Positions 48,896 to 61,836 of a stretch of DNA of 64,000 bases are shown here, piece after piece (positions within the stretch are counted from its first letter, which is position 1; each line of letters starts with the position of its first letter). Below the pieces are notes generated by a model. That model was not told the origin of the DNA. It made no database searches and saw only the letters and a list, made by a program, of their open reading frames with translations. This stretch comes from Octopus vulgaris. Its lineage: Eukaryota. Location: assembly GCA_951406725.2 (NCBI GenBank), contig OX597814.1, positions 20,584,001 to 20,648,000 on the forward strand, in the 5' to 3' direction. A program made the translations under genes and the position numbers.

Positions 48896-51800
48896 CTACC
48901 AGCCTTAGAGGCATTATAAAAAGATTGTGGGTACTATTATTCATTTACAAAACATATTTTGTCAATTTACCTGTCATCTTGCCAATTACTAACTATACTA
49001 TTTCATTCCATAAACTATGAAACTGTACATAACATTCTCCCAATGTTCTAATAAAAGTAAACTTTAAATGTATAATTCTGTATTATTTAAAAAAAAACGT
49101 CATACATTCCCTTTCTGATCTGATCTAAGGTTTTTACCATATGTATGAAGAAAGGAATAATTCTTTGCATATTCAAAATACACATTGCACTACTGATTAA
49201 AATTCAAGAGTACTTAAACTTTACTTTATTAACATTAACAAAAGCAATAACATCTCCAAATCACAAGGCAACAAAGGAAGCCTCTACATGATTCAACCTG
49301 CTAGAAATACCAGCCAAATCTAAAAATCACACATTTTTCTCCTCACCCATATTTCATAATATACTTCTAGATACCCCTAAAAAGACAGGATTGTCAGTCA
49401 CAGTCATAATTTTCATAAATTTGCTCAATCAGGGTTGACTTAGAGTCCAACATCACAAGTGACATTGAAGAACAGAGGCTACAGTTAATGCTGGATAAGC
49501 ATCTTAGTGTTACATATAAGCTGATAAACTCAATTTGATAGAAATAATCAGTCACACTAGCCATTTTCTTTTTTTAAAGCTCTTCTTTCTCTTTTTGAAG
49601 CCATGAATTGACAATATATCATAAATATGACTGTTTTTAATCAGAATTAGTATAAGAAATCTGCATAATATGAAAAATTACAAATACTATACTGGAGTAC
49701 AACTTCAGTTATTTTAACTATTTTCTCAAGATGGAATGACATTTCCTGAAGCTCATAAGTTGAATTTAAGTATAAAATAAACAAAATATTGATCAAATTA
49801 TGTTTAACTTATTTTCTAGTTTCCTTAAGAATACCTTTATTGTCAGTGTTTTAACATAGGATCATATTTCATGCAATTTAGTGTTTGGAGAAATATTTTT
49901 GTCAATAATATTTATCTAAGACTAAAGTTCTTTAGGTAGACAGTAGAATGAAAAATACAAGATTGTTCAATAGGGAAAAAAATTAGATTTGCACAGACAC
50001 AAGAATGCTTTAATGAATGGTTCTTGTAGGCTATTCTTCTCAAAATGTTTCTTTGGAAAAGAAATACATTAACTTTCTGTTGAAACACACTACCTTTGTT
50101 ATTCTTTTGAAAATAATGAAGAAGTTAGTAAGATAACTAAGTCATTATTATGATAGTGTTTGGAACATAAATCAACATGAAATTTTTTGGTAGGTACAAT
50201 TTAGATCACTGTAAAAGCTTGTATCACAGAACCAGGGCAATTGGTATCAGAGGGGTCAAGATGAGTTGTTCATAAAAAGATATCTACAATATTTCAGCCA
50301 GAGGTCAAATTGATTGAAATATAGTGTAGATGTAAATATTACAAAAAAATTATAACCAAGAACATATATAGGTAAATTCATTAGTAATCTTTGGGTACCA
50401 GATGTATTTGCAGTTTAAAACATTTTAGTTGTCTCAAATAGTAAGTGAATCTTATGTTTATTTGTGAGTGCTTTATAGAATATTTTAACCAACTATATTT
50501 GAAAATATAATAATAATAATAATAACAACACTTGCATTTTGAAACATATTATAAACAATTAATGCTAATTGTGAATTCTGAAGAAAATAAAACTGAAAAG
50601 ACATTTTATTTCATTGGAAGGAAAATAGTTTTATTTAAGAAATGAAGATGATAATTCTTTTGGGTTACAAAACATGAAAATGTTCAGAGTAATTTCCAAG
50701 CTGATTAAGATAATCTTATGTTGAATCAAATCTAATGATCAGTAAAATATGCCTTTGGTATTTTTCTTTGCTTTCTATTAATTTTACAACTCTCCACCAA
50801 CCAACATAAACTTGTGAAAAATAGAGAGCAGAACAGATAATTCTAGTTCTAAGATTTAAATTGTTTTAAGAAAAAATTTAAAACAAAATTTTATCTGAAT
50901 AAGTAAACAAATATTTTAATGAATAAGTCCTTGAAAAATATCCAACTATGTAGACAGTTACATAATCATAAGTTCAATACACTAAATTTAAAAAAAAATT
51001 TTTTTAATTACTTTTTATTTTAGTTTATATAAAATTATTATATTATAATTTAACAATACTAAACAGTTAAAATGCTAGGTAATCTTTTACAAATATCATA
51101 CAGGGTTTGAGATTTATAGTGAAAACAAAATCATAAAATATTACTGGCTATTCAACATTTTTAGTTTTTAATTTTAGCTTTAATAATAAATTTATTTTGA
51201 AACTAGTCTGAGGCTGTAAAATACTGTATTTCTTATATTTGCTTGTAAAGAACAAAGACTGTAAATCAAATATATGAATGTTTCATTTGTGGAAAATACG
51301 AGATAATTTTTTTCCAAGACCACATTATCACAGTTAATGTTTTATTGATTAAATTCTGCTCTAAAACAAATGGGGCTTGGCTTTCAGAACAAATATTAAT
51401 CAAATGTTCCACAATGTTGAAACACATAAATGCAATAATTGAAAAGTTTAATGATGTGTTAATGTTTTAGTAATTGCTTTGCTTTTTTATATAATATTCT
51501 AACATTTTCTTAATTTTGATGTGGCGATTTGTGTCTATAATCAGAAATAAATCCACATCAAGATATATACAAGGAACTTGCCGAATATACTTAAATTATA
51601 CCATCTATTTTAATCTAAATGAGTAAATAATGTAGGAAGATTTAAATGAAACCTTTTATTTATTTTAGCTTTATAGGGAGAGATGTAAAGAGATTTTAAT
51701 ATATTTGTAAAGTTTGTATGAATGTTTCTAATAATAGTTGACATCCAAATATGCAATCACAATAACTTTGAGTGTCGAGAGTTTAAAAAAAAATTATTCA

Positions 51801-52355
51801 AAATTTAATATCATAAATTTATACAATCTTATTTGAATATTTAAAACTTATTTTGCTTCGTAATATTTCATTGAAATATTTTTAAAACATAATTTTAGTC
51901 AACATATTGGAAATTTTATGTATCTGATTGGGGAACTTTTACTTTTTGAAAGCAAGACTGAATATTTACAAACTTTTCAGGAATATAATAATAATAATAA
52001 TAAAAAAAAATAATAATAATTAAGGAACACAATTAGTAATTGTGTAAGCATGTGTATGTGTGTTTGTGTGTCTTCCCAGAAATATTTAAAAGAAAGAACA
52101 CAAAAAAAAAATTTTACATAATGAAAATAGCTACATATAAAACTCAAGAAGACATTTTACATTGAATTTATGTTAACCATTCACACATTTCTTTCAAAAT
52201 TCATGTTATAAATTAAATTTAACAACAGAGACAAATAATATGACACAAACAAGGTAAAACATTTTGCAGCAGCACAGCTATGTTTGTTCTCATTAAAGAA
52301 AAACAAAACAAAACAAAACAGAAAAAAAAAAACTAATTATTTACATAATACTGTT

Positions 52356-52523
52356 CTATTTATTTTTTAGTTCAGCTCGTTGACGTTTTGTTACTCTACC
52401 ACAAGTAAGACCAGCAATAAAAATAAATCCAATGAGTGTGATAATAACTCCAAGAAAGTAATATTTAGCTGGGGAACTATGCATTTCAGCAACTATATCT
52501 TTAAAACTTTCAGGAGGAGCAAC
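52356..52523 (-). CDS. GLG1: GLG1 last coding exon (TM helix + short basic tail, TAG)
   Basis: tgcag|GTT. Encodes VAPPESFKDIVAEMHSSPAKYYFLGVIITLIGFIFIAGLTCGRVTKRQRAELKNK*, similar to GLG1 CGRITKRVTRELKDR. Confidence 0.95.
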   Translation of the reverse strand, partial: VAPPESFKDIVAEMHSSPAKYYFLGVIITLIGFIFIAGLTCGRVTKRQRAELKNK

Positions 52524-52840
52524 CTGCAATTAAAAAGAGAAAAAAGGTAATTAAAAGTGAGATACAATCCCAAGTTCATTTTTGTTTGCTTTTCTATGCT
52601 AGCATGCATTAGATGGATATATTATTGAAGCATTATTTTATTATTTTCACAATTGGACGCCCTTTCTGTGGCAAACTCTTAATTGTTTTTCAAGTAAGGT
52701 ATCTTTTATTTCACGTCTTCAAAGGCATAAAAGTGGCAGGTGATTTGACAGAGGACATGGCAAGAAAGTTATTGCATGTAGCTGTCATCTTTGGAGAAGT
52801 GTAAAGGTAAACAAACACAGAGATACAAACATGCATACAT

Positions 52841-52879
<39 letters not shown>

Positions 52880-53649
52880 GATACTTAAAATTTCTGTTGG
52901 GTCAGAATTATAGAATGAGACACTTGCTCAAGGTGTCCTGAAGTGGGACTGAACCCAAAACCACATGGTTGGGAATCAAACTTCTGCAAGTGTAAAGATT
53001 TTCTTCATTGTATTCCATTTTTTATTTAACAGTAAACATTAGAAACTCTAAATTAACTAGGATTAATTGAGTAATCTTAGAGGTCAAGAAACAGCTTCCA
53101 ACATCCAGCCTAAGAAATCTGTTTATTTGATATTAACACGAGCATAAGACAGTTGGCACGCAAAAGCACACATGCTGTGCCATGCCACGTGAAAGCACCC
53201 AGTATACTCTGTAAAGTGGCTGACATTAGGAAGGGCACCAGGCCATAGAAACCATATCAAAACAGACAAATGGAGCACAGGCAGCTCTCCAGCTGGCCAA
53301 CTCCTGTGAAACCAGTCAACCCATGGCAGCATGGAGAATAGACATTAAAAGAGGATGATATTAAAAGCATAAAATTTGCAATGGCATAAATAAAAGATAA
53401 CTAAAAAAATCAATGAATAATTATAGTAATTAAGTAGGCATGGGTCTGTGGTTGAGAAGCTTGTTACCGAACAACATGGTCTTGGATTCAGTTTCACTGT
53501 GTGGCACCTTGGAAAAGTGTTTTCTATCTTAGCCCTACGTTGACTAAAGACTTGTGAGTGGATTTGGCATAGGGAAAGGAAAGAAACCTGTCAGGTGTGT
53601 GTGTGTGTGTGTCCTCTTGCTACACATCATGTGACGGTTATGTATGAGT

Positions 53650-54010
53650 ATCATCATCATTTAATGTCTGTTGTCCAACCTGGCATGGGTTGGACGGTTT
53701 GACCAGGGTTGGTAAGCTGGAAGGCTGCACCAGACTCCAGTTTGATTTGGCATGGTTTTCCATGGCAGGATGCCCTTCTTAATGCCAACCGCTCTGAGAG
53801 TGTAATGGGTGCTTTTAAGTGCCACTGGCATGGATGCCATTTGCGTGACACTGGTATCTGCCACAACTGTGACTTTGTTCGGCTTGATGGGTTTTCTTCT
53901 CAAGCACGATATAATGTCAAAGGTCTTGGTTATTGCCTCTGTGAGGCCTAAAACTCAAAAGGAACTCAGGCACAACACTCGAAAGGATCTCGGCCACTTT
54001 GCTTTCATGA
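53650..54010 (-). mobile_element. RTE 3' end copy
   Basis: Tail plus the end of the ORF (LGLTEA.T motif). Confidence 0.75.
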
Positions 54011-54523
54011 GGCTCAAGTGGTTGATAAACAAGAAGAAACATCATAAAGTTGAGAGGACCCTTACTCTTGTTTTACAGAGGACACGACAATCTTTGTGCT
54101 GGTGTCATAAAAAATGCATCCAATATACCCTGTAAATTGATTGGTGTTAAGAAGGGTATCCAGCCATAGAAACCATGCCAGAATATCAAAAAACAAGTGA
54201 GGCATGGTCCCCCAACCATGCCTAGGAGAGGAATAACTCTGAAGAAGAACAGGGTTGGACTATAACAACCTACCCAACCCATGCCAGAATGGAAAGCAGA
54301 AAAGAAAATGACACTGATGATGTCTAAATGGAATAAATTTCAAGAAATAATGAGAAAGGGTATAACCTCTGTACAGAATGTAGTACAATGCACATAAAGT
54401 ATAAGAAAAGTAAATGAATAACATAAGTCAAAAGGGAGTTATTGGCTGTAAATAGGGAAAGAGATACAAATGGGTTAAAAAAACAATGATGATGATGATA
54501 AAATTTGAATCATTTATAGAATA

Positions 54524-54570
54524 CTAGCATTATGACCCGTCATTGCCGGGTCATAGTGCTAGTGCATGTA

Positions 54571-54615
<45 letters not shown>

Positions 54616-56261
54616 ACATATTACATGTACATCTATATATATATACATCTACACATAAAATACAAAATACAAAGTTATATCTTGATATCGCTAGTAATAA
54701 CAATACTCAAAATATATAACAGACTGGAAGTCTCTTGCAATTTCGATCAACTGTATCTTGTCCTCCCTCTTGTATAGAAGTGTGGCTACAATCCAGCCTA
54801 CCTCTACTTCTGGAGGGACATTTTAAAATTTTTTATCTGGGACGTCCTACGTCTCAGATATAAAGGTAAAAATAAAATATTTCCACTTTGCAAGGTTCGA
54901 GTTGAGTACTCCCTTGTATGCTCCGTTGACTCGAACCTTGCTTCTATTGTGGCGAATTAACCGCCTCTGGTTAGATATCTTTCATAGTCACACCAAGACA
55001 CTTTTCGATGGTGCTTTCATCCAGGTGTTCAAATCTATTTTTTTCTCTACATTGTATACTTTATAGACAATAGTCTTTTCTTTAATTCAATTTTTTTATT
55101 TTGTTTGGTGGTGTTATCCTAGATTCACCGTCTTTGTCGGTGATCAATCCGAAATAGGTTTGTATTTCTTCCATTTTAATTTTAATGAGTTCGCGCCCGC
55201 TGACGGCTGCAGCGAAATTCATTTTTGGACTTTCTTCTATCGAAGGCATTTTAACCATGTAAACAGTGAAAATATTGTCAATTTCCCCAAACAGGGACAC
55301 AATTCAATTTTTAAACAGTAACCAAAGCTCCTTCTCCCAAAGGAGGAAGGTTACAGCAGTACTCAATAGAAGCGGCTGTTTGAGAAAACAGACATTACAT
55401 ACAGCCAAACTTCATATAGATACTTAATGCTAGCTAATTAGCAGATAATCTAATGTAAAAGCTGTGGTAAACTGTATTTGCACACCTCCATCTGGACTAT
55501 TTCTGCACACTAATTTTATTTTTAATTTATTCCCATTCGTGTGAAACCACTTATTCAAGTTCAAGTCATTGATGCAATTTTATACCAATTGCTATTTTTA
55601 CTTTTGTTATGTTACGATTATATTATACTCAGCGACGTGCAACCAAAAGAATACCCTCCATCAGGCATTTGCCATATCCTGAACGCCTTACTTCTCTGGG
55701 CATGGACACATTGAAACTCCGACATCTGGCAGCTGACTTGGCAGACACCCATAAAATTATCAACCATCGCACAAACAATAACTCTGAGCACCTCTTCAAA
55801 CTCCACCCATCTAACACCCGTGGACATATTTACAAAGTAAGAAAACAGCTCAGCTCCCATGACTTCAGGAAACATTTTTTCACGCTGAGAGTTGCTGAAG
55901 CGTGGAACAAACTGCCGGCATCGGTTGTTAGTTGTCAGAGCACTGCATCCTTCAAGACTTCCATGCTTCCTGAGATTCGCCAACACTACACTTGATTTTC
56001 TCCCCTCCATACATACACAAGCATGTTCACTTTCCAGACATTTCTACATTACTGCATGTACTTTATATGCACTTTCTGACAAGTTGTGGTGCACCTGAGC
56101 ACTGTATACAATAATTTCATTATTATTATTATTATTATTTAATTATTACTTACTACATATAATTCAATTGTTATTATTATCTCTAATTATTATTCTCAAG
56201 TTTTAGGGAAACACACAGACAGACAGACAGACACACATTTTCAGTTTTATATATATAGAGA
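54524..56261 (-). mobile_element. Helitron (non-autonomous, ~1.7 kb) with internal cargo
   Basis: Minus-strand 5' end A|TCTCTATATATATAAAAC + (GTCT)n at 56261. 3' hairpin TATGACCCG..CGGGTCATA and CTAG|T at 54524. Confidence 0.7.
55630..56140 (+). mobile_element. CR1/L2-group LINE 3' end nested in the Helitron
   Basis: ORF 55609..55995 and (ATT)n tail. Confidence 0.9.
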
Positions 56262-56276
56262 TATTATTTACATAAG

Positions 56277-56768
56277 ACTGGCATCTGTGCTAGCGGGGTG
56301 CAAAGAGCACCATACGAGTGTGATCGTTGACAGAGTGGCTATTTGAGTATGATCGTTACCAGCATCACCTTACTGGCACTCATGCCTGTGCTAGTAGGGT
56401 GCCAAGAGCACCATCTGAGCATGATCGTTGCCAGATCAGCCAACTGGCTTCCATACCTGTGGCATGTACAAGGGCATCATTCGAGCATGATCGTTACCAA
56501 CATCGCTTCACTAGTACCTGTGCCGGTGGCACGTGTAAAAAGATTTGAGCGAGGTCATTGCCAGTACTGCCTGACTGGCCCCCATGCCGGTGGCATGTAA
56601 AAAGCACCCACTACACTCTCGGAGTGGTTGGCATTAGGAAGGGCATCCAGCTGTAGAAACTCTGCCAGATCAAGATTGGAGCCTGGTGCAGCCATTTGGC
56701 TCGCCAGCCCTCAGTCAAAATTGTCCAACCCATGCTAGCATGGAAAGCGGACGTTAAACGATGATGAT
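56277..56768 (+). mobile_element. RTE 3' UTR with diverged tandem units
   Basis: About 5-6 units of ~60 bp, then the tail and (GAT)n. Confidence 0.8.
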
Positions 56769-56878
56769 AAATTAAAAACAAAACAAAAATAGAAATTATG
56801 CATTAATAAATATGATAAACAGAATATCAAGAAAGATTTTTCCAAAGTTCATTAAAATTATATCAAAGAAGTACTCAC

Positions 56879-56982
56879 ATGAGCAGCATACTCCCACATC
56901 TCTTTCCTTTGTTGTAATCTTTCACTGCATTGATGACTCAATTGCAATTTGTTCTCAAGAGCAGATAGCAAGCATGACATTT
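56879..56982 (-). CDS. GLG1: GLG1 penultimate exon
   Basis: tatag|AA...CAT|gtgagt. Encodes (Q)MSCLLSALENKLQLSHQCSERLQQRKEMWEYAAH. Confidence 0.93.
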
Positions 56983-57664
56983 CTATAAATGTAAGGGAAA
57001 ACTTAGCAGATATACTTTTATTAAATAATGACATTTTAATTATTAAATAAAATATTGTTTTTATTAATTCACAAATGTATCGACTCTGACTAGTAGATGA
57101 AGATGTGCAGAATATAATTGCAACAGATCTTTGCATTTAATAATTGAAAGAAACATTTTTTTTAAATATTATACCAAAACACCTCACTGGTACCACATGG
57201 AAAGCCACCAGTCCACTCTGAACAACCAAAGATGGAATGAGTGAGACATGGCTCCTGATACACTTCAAGGAAAGCAGTAGCTCCAAATAGGAACTACCGA
57301 CTCAGACACTGATGATGTCCCAAGTCTGGTTTCATTAGCTTCCATTTGCATAACCTGTTTATTGCTTAAATGAATATTCATAAAATTCAGTCTCTTCGTC
57401 TTTTCTGCTGAAGAAAAGACTGAAGTTCCAGTAAAAGCCATATGATTTAGATAGACGCTTAATCAAGAATAACACTCATTCATCATCATCGTAAATTTAT
57501 TTCATTTCTATTTTATACATAACTCTAAAATGACTGTCAATATCATTATTCATTTCTACCTCCCCTCCTCATTCTGGTGTGTATTAGATGCATCTGAAAC
57601 CCTTTATAGTTCACTCCATTTTATTCAGTAGGATAAACTTATCCCAGAGGCTACTGTAAGTTAT

Positions 57665-58063
57665 TCTTTTACTTGTTTCAGTCACTTGATTGCAGCCATG
57701 CTGGAGCAATGTCTTGAAGGGTTTTAGTCAAACAGATCGACCCCCCAGGACTTAGTCTTTGTAAACCTAGTACTTATTCTATCAGTAATTTTGCCAAACC
57801 ACTAAGTTAAAGGGACACAAACACACCAGCAGAGGTTGTCAAGTGATGGCGGAGGGACAAACACAGACATATACACATAAACACACACACACATACATAC
57901 ACACAACAGGCTCTTTCAGTTTCCATCTACCAAATCCATTCACAAGGCTTTGGTCGGCTTAAGGCTATAGTAGACATTTGCCCAAGAGGCCACACAATGG
58001 GACAGAACCTGGAACCATGCGGTTGGGAAGCAAGCTTCTTACCACACAGCCACACCTGCACCT
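57665..58063 (-). mobile_element. SINE family B, near full length
   Basis: tRNA-like head GGTGTGGCTGTGTGGTAAG...GGTTCTGTCCC on the minus strand, internal (TG)n. Confidence 0.8.
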
Positions 58064-58887
58064 ATTGTAAACTAATTTTCATCAAATTTGTTGTAAATAT
58101 TCATTTAACTCATATTACATCCAAAATTAATCCACTAGCATAATACAACCTTCTGTGTAGAAAGAAAATTTTGTCATTAATATCTCAGAAATGCTTCCAT
58201 TCTTTTTTGTACATGAATGACTAAGATATTGCTTGCTGCATATTACCACTTCCAAGAGATTTGATTACTGCTTCAGGGAGCATAATACATTTTTTCATAG
58301 AGTCACTAATGCACTCATTTTGATTTGGATCAATATACTTAATAAACAAATTTAGTTGCCAAGTGCGCACAGAATTAAATGCTGATCTGTTTCCTTCTTT
58401 GTCACTGAAGTGTATCTATTTTCCTGATGCAATAGGTTGATGGTAGCTCCCATGAAAGTATTGAATAAGAAATCTTTTTATTTGTTACTCCCCTTGCAAG
58501 AAATGTATTCATCCTTTAATAACAAAGTTCCACTAATGCAGTTATCAAGAAAACATTCTCAACTGATACTGAATTAAGCTTCCAACTTAATCATAGCATC
58601 AGCTACACATTATCCATTACAACGGAGGTTTTCCTCAAAAATCACTAAACGCAAAATATATTTGACTATTCTTCATAAAATCTCAATAATAAATTATCTT
58701 TGGTTTGTGAAATGGACTCAATATACACACACAATTTCTTAAAAATACTTTTTTCAACAGTATTTAATACTAATTCCCATTACTTTCATGACTTAGCCTT
58801 GTTTTCTCCATTTCAAGTACATTACCTTTTACTGGCTGACTCAGTTTGGCAGAAGCTTTCAATGCTTCTTAAATCTAGATAACTTAT

Positions 58888-59240
58888 TACTCTTTGCTCT
58901 CTTTTACTTGTTTCAGTCATTTGACTGCGGCCATGCTGGAGCACCGCCTTTAGTCGAGCAAATCGAGCCCGGGACCTATTTTTTGTAAGGCCAGTACTTA
59001 TTCTATCGGTCTCTTTTGCCGAACCGCTAAGTGACGGGGACGTAAACACACCAGCATCGGTTGTCAAGCAATGCTAGGGGGACAAACACAGACACACACA
59101 TATATATATACATATATACGACAGGCTTCTTTCAGTTTCCGTCTACCAAATCCACTCACAAGGCATTGGTCGGTCCGGGGCTATAGCAGAAGACACTTGC
59201 CCAAGATGCCAAGCAGTGGGACTGAACCCGGAACCATGTG
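58888..59240 (-). mobile_element. SINE family B (tRNA-derived, CORE-like), young copy
   Basis: B box GGTTCAGTCCC, CTTGGGCAAGTGTCTTCT core, intact CpGs, short repeated tail. Confidence 0.85.
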
Positions 59241-59274
59241 ATCTTTTTTAAATCATAACATTATCCTACATTAA

Positions 59275-59474
59275 CCCTTTAGCATTTAAACCAGCCATAT
59301 CTAGCCCAAATATTCTTCCAATTAGCCAGATCCAGCTTCTCACACTGACTCTACAAAATTATTCTAAAAATAAACAATCATTGAAATCTTGAAGCTACAA
59401 GATAATACATAATTAATTCCCAACAATGTAAATAAATAAGCATTACATTTGACAGTAATTTGAATGCTATAGGG
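59275..59474. mobile_element. piggyBac-like MITE, 200 bp
   Basis: TTAA|CCCTTTAGCATTTAAA ... TTTGAATGCTATAGGG|TTAA. Confidence 0.85.
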
Positions 59475-59547
59475 TTAAACTAATAAGAATTTAACAGTTC
59501 AACGAGTTTTAAGAAAATAAAACATTCAAATCACAATCAATACGTAC

Positions 59548-59668
59548 GTTGTCCCATTCCTTGTTGAACTTTCTGACAAAAGATCTGAATATCTCTTCTG
59601 CAAGCTGTGTGTAAAACTGGATCAACATGTATGTCTGAAGAACCTTCATAAATGATTCTAGCAATTTC
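59548..59668 (-). CDS. GLG1: GLG1 (Golgi glycoprotein 1 / cysteine-rich FGF receptor), third-last exon
   Basis: atacag|GAA...C|gtacgt. Encodes EIARIIYEGSSDIHVDPVLHTACRRDIQIFCQKVQQGMGQ (Cys-rich GLG1 repeat, DPVLHTAC). Confidence 0.93.
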
Positions 59669-60265
59669 CTGTATGAAAAGTACAAATTTGAATTTTATGT
59701 AATGATAAGTTAAATAAGTACAATATTTTATGAAAATATGTAAATCAAATGCATTTGGCTTTTTCCAGCTTAAAAATTTTTGTACACACACACACACACA
59801 TATATATTGTAAAAATAGTTGACTTGAACCTTGTGTCCAGATAACATGTAAATGGTAAAACTTTATATTATCTTTTAAACAGTTATATATTTAGCTTTAA
59901 TTGTAACAAGGTTTTTAAGAATAATTGTTAATTATAAGCATTCTTTTAGTAGTTTCTGATTCAATAAGGATATTTTAGTATTATCTATTTAATTACTGGT
60001 ATAAGTTTAACATTAATGTAAGGATAACGAATATTTAATATCTACGGAGTGTTTTAATTATCAACTTTTGGTTATGAAATAGTGTAATTCACTTAGAATT
60101 AGTTATATTATTAGTTATGTCCAATCGAGTTTGTTTTGTTTTGTTTTGGAAAGAATAGAATATAAAAGCTTTCACTTTTATATTAATAACTATGGAAGAC
60201 TGGTGGGAATATTGCCTGTATGGACTTCAAGGGCTGTGTTGCTATTTAGTTAGATAATTTAGGAG

Positions 60266-60447
60266 TTAAATATAAACAATATATCACTATGTGGATCCCT
60301 TGAATGCTAAAGAGAGACATCAAACCGTCTTACCACTAAATCTGTATTCTTAACTTAGTAACACAGATTTAATGGTAAGACAGTCTGACATCTATCTTTA
60401 GCATACAAGGGATCCACATAGTAATCTCTCATGTTGTTTATATTTAA
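60266..60447. repeat. Imperfect inverted repeat (~85-bp arms)
   Basis: ACTATGTGGATCCCTTGAATGCTAAA pairs with TTTAGCATACAAGGGATCCACATAGT, and pairing extends outward and inward. Confidence 0.8.
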
Positions 60448-61785
60448 ATAGAATTCACGGTCCTCAGACATTTTTAAGTATGCTAACCACTAGTTGAAAT
60501 TGATATTATTTAATAATATTAATTTATACTCTTATTATTTAATTTAGGAGTTAGTTTTAGGTTTACTTATAGAATTAATTTACTGATACTGATTTGTACA
60601 TAGGGTAAATGTAGTTTTTTTGTTGCAGTTTAATCAATAATGTTAACGTTTAATCCTTCCTAGAACTAAGATTGAATAAATGTGGCGATATCTAAGGTAT
60701 GTTTGTTCCCAAACAACACTTATTTTAGTGCTGTTCACAACACCGGATTGAATGGTACTGCCCTGGTGTCAAAACCATAGTGATATCTGTGGGGCAGTTG
60801 ATGATGGAGGTGTGTTGGATTGTTGGTATGGCTGCTATTGTATGTGCAGAATAGTTTTATAAGATCTCCATTTGATATATATATAAATAACTGGATACAC
60901 TTGGCAATGCTAACAACCATTCCACTGAACTCTATATGGTCAGACATAGACTATAAATTATACAAGCAAGCAACTTTGATGAGTATTTATGTATATACAT
61001 GAAAACTATCACCCTTGTTGACTTCTTAAGAGTAAATAATTACTTCGATATGCAATACTTCAGTTACTTTCCTTCATATTATCCCCTGTTGAGAACACAT
61101 CCTTGACATACTGGGACTGTATTATAAAGCAGATAAGGGATGCTTCCAAGACAAGAGATGCTTCAGCACCCAGCAACTCCATTTTGAAGGGATGTGTTTA
61201 TTCCAGTTCTAATCTGAGCAAGTAAGGCTGGTTTCTGTAACTGATAAATTAAGGAAAAGGAGAGAGGGGAGGAATAGAACCACACTTGGTTAATAGACCA
61301 GTGTTATGTTGTAGAGCGCTGACAAAGAAATCAAAGCTTTCAAGCTTATAACTGTCTAAACTCCACTTTCTATTAAGAACAATAATTTAACTAGAGGTTC
61401 CAAGTACATTCTTCAGAGAAACAAAGCCTGACCTAATCAGATAAACAAAATTTTATTAATTAGACAACTAACAACTTACACAAAAAGCATTTAAGCTCAA
61501 ACTAGAAACGCTGACCGAAACAAAGTTTCTACAGCATTGCATCTATAATTGTCATCAACCATCACCTTTGCACAGCAAGTCTTTGTGCATAGAGTATAGC
61601 GGTATGCACGACAGTAACCTTGTAAAAACACTCACAGGTTGACTTTGGTAAAAGTGAGTATAGGATTAAAATACTAATGTCCAAATGCTCTCATAAGCGT
61701 CATTACTAAAAACATTGAATGCTACAAATGAGAATTAATCGTAAAGTATAACTGATATTAAAACATAAGATATTGTATATCTAAG

Positions 61786-61836
61786 AATTTGCACAGTGTG
61801 TTCCACTTTATTTAAGTGGAACACACTGTGCAAATT
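61786..61836. repeat. Perfect 23-bp hairpin with a 5-nt loop
   Basis: AATTTGCACAGTGTGTTCCACTT-tattt-AAGTGGAACACACTGTGCAAATT. Confidence 0.95.
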
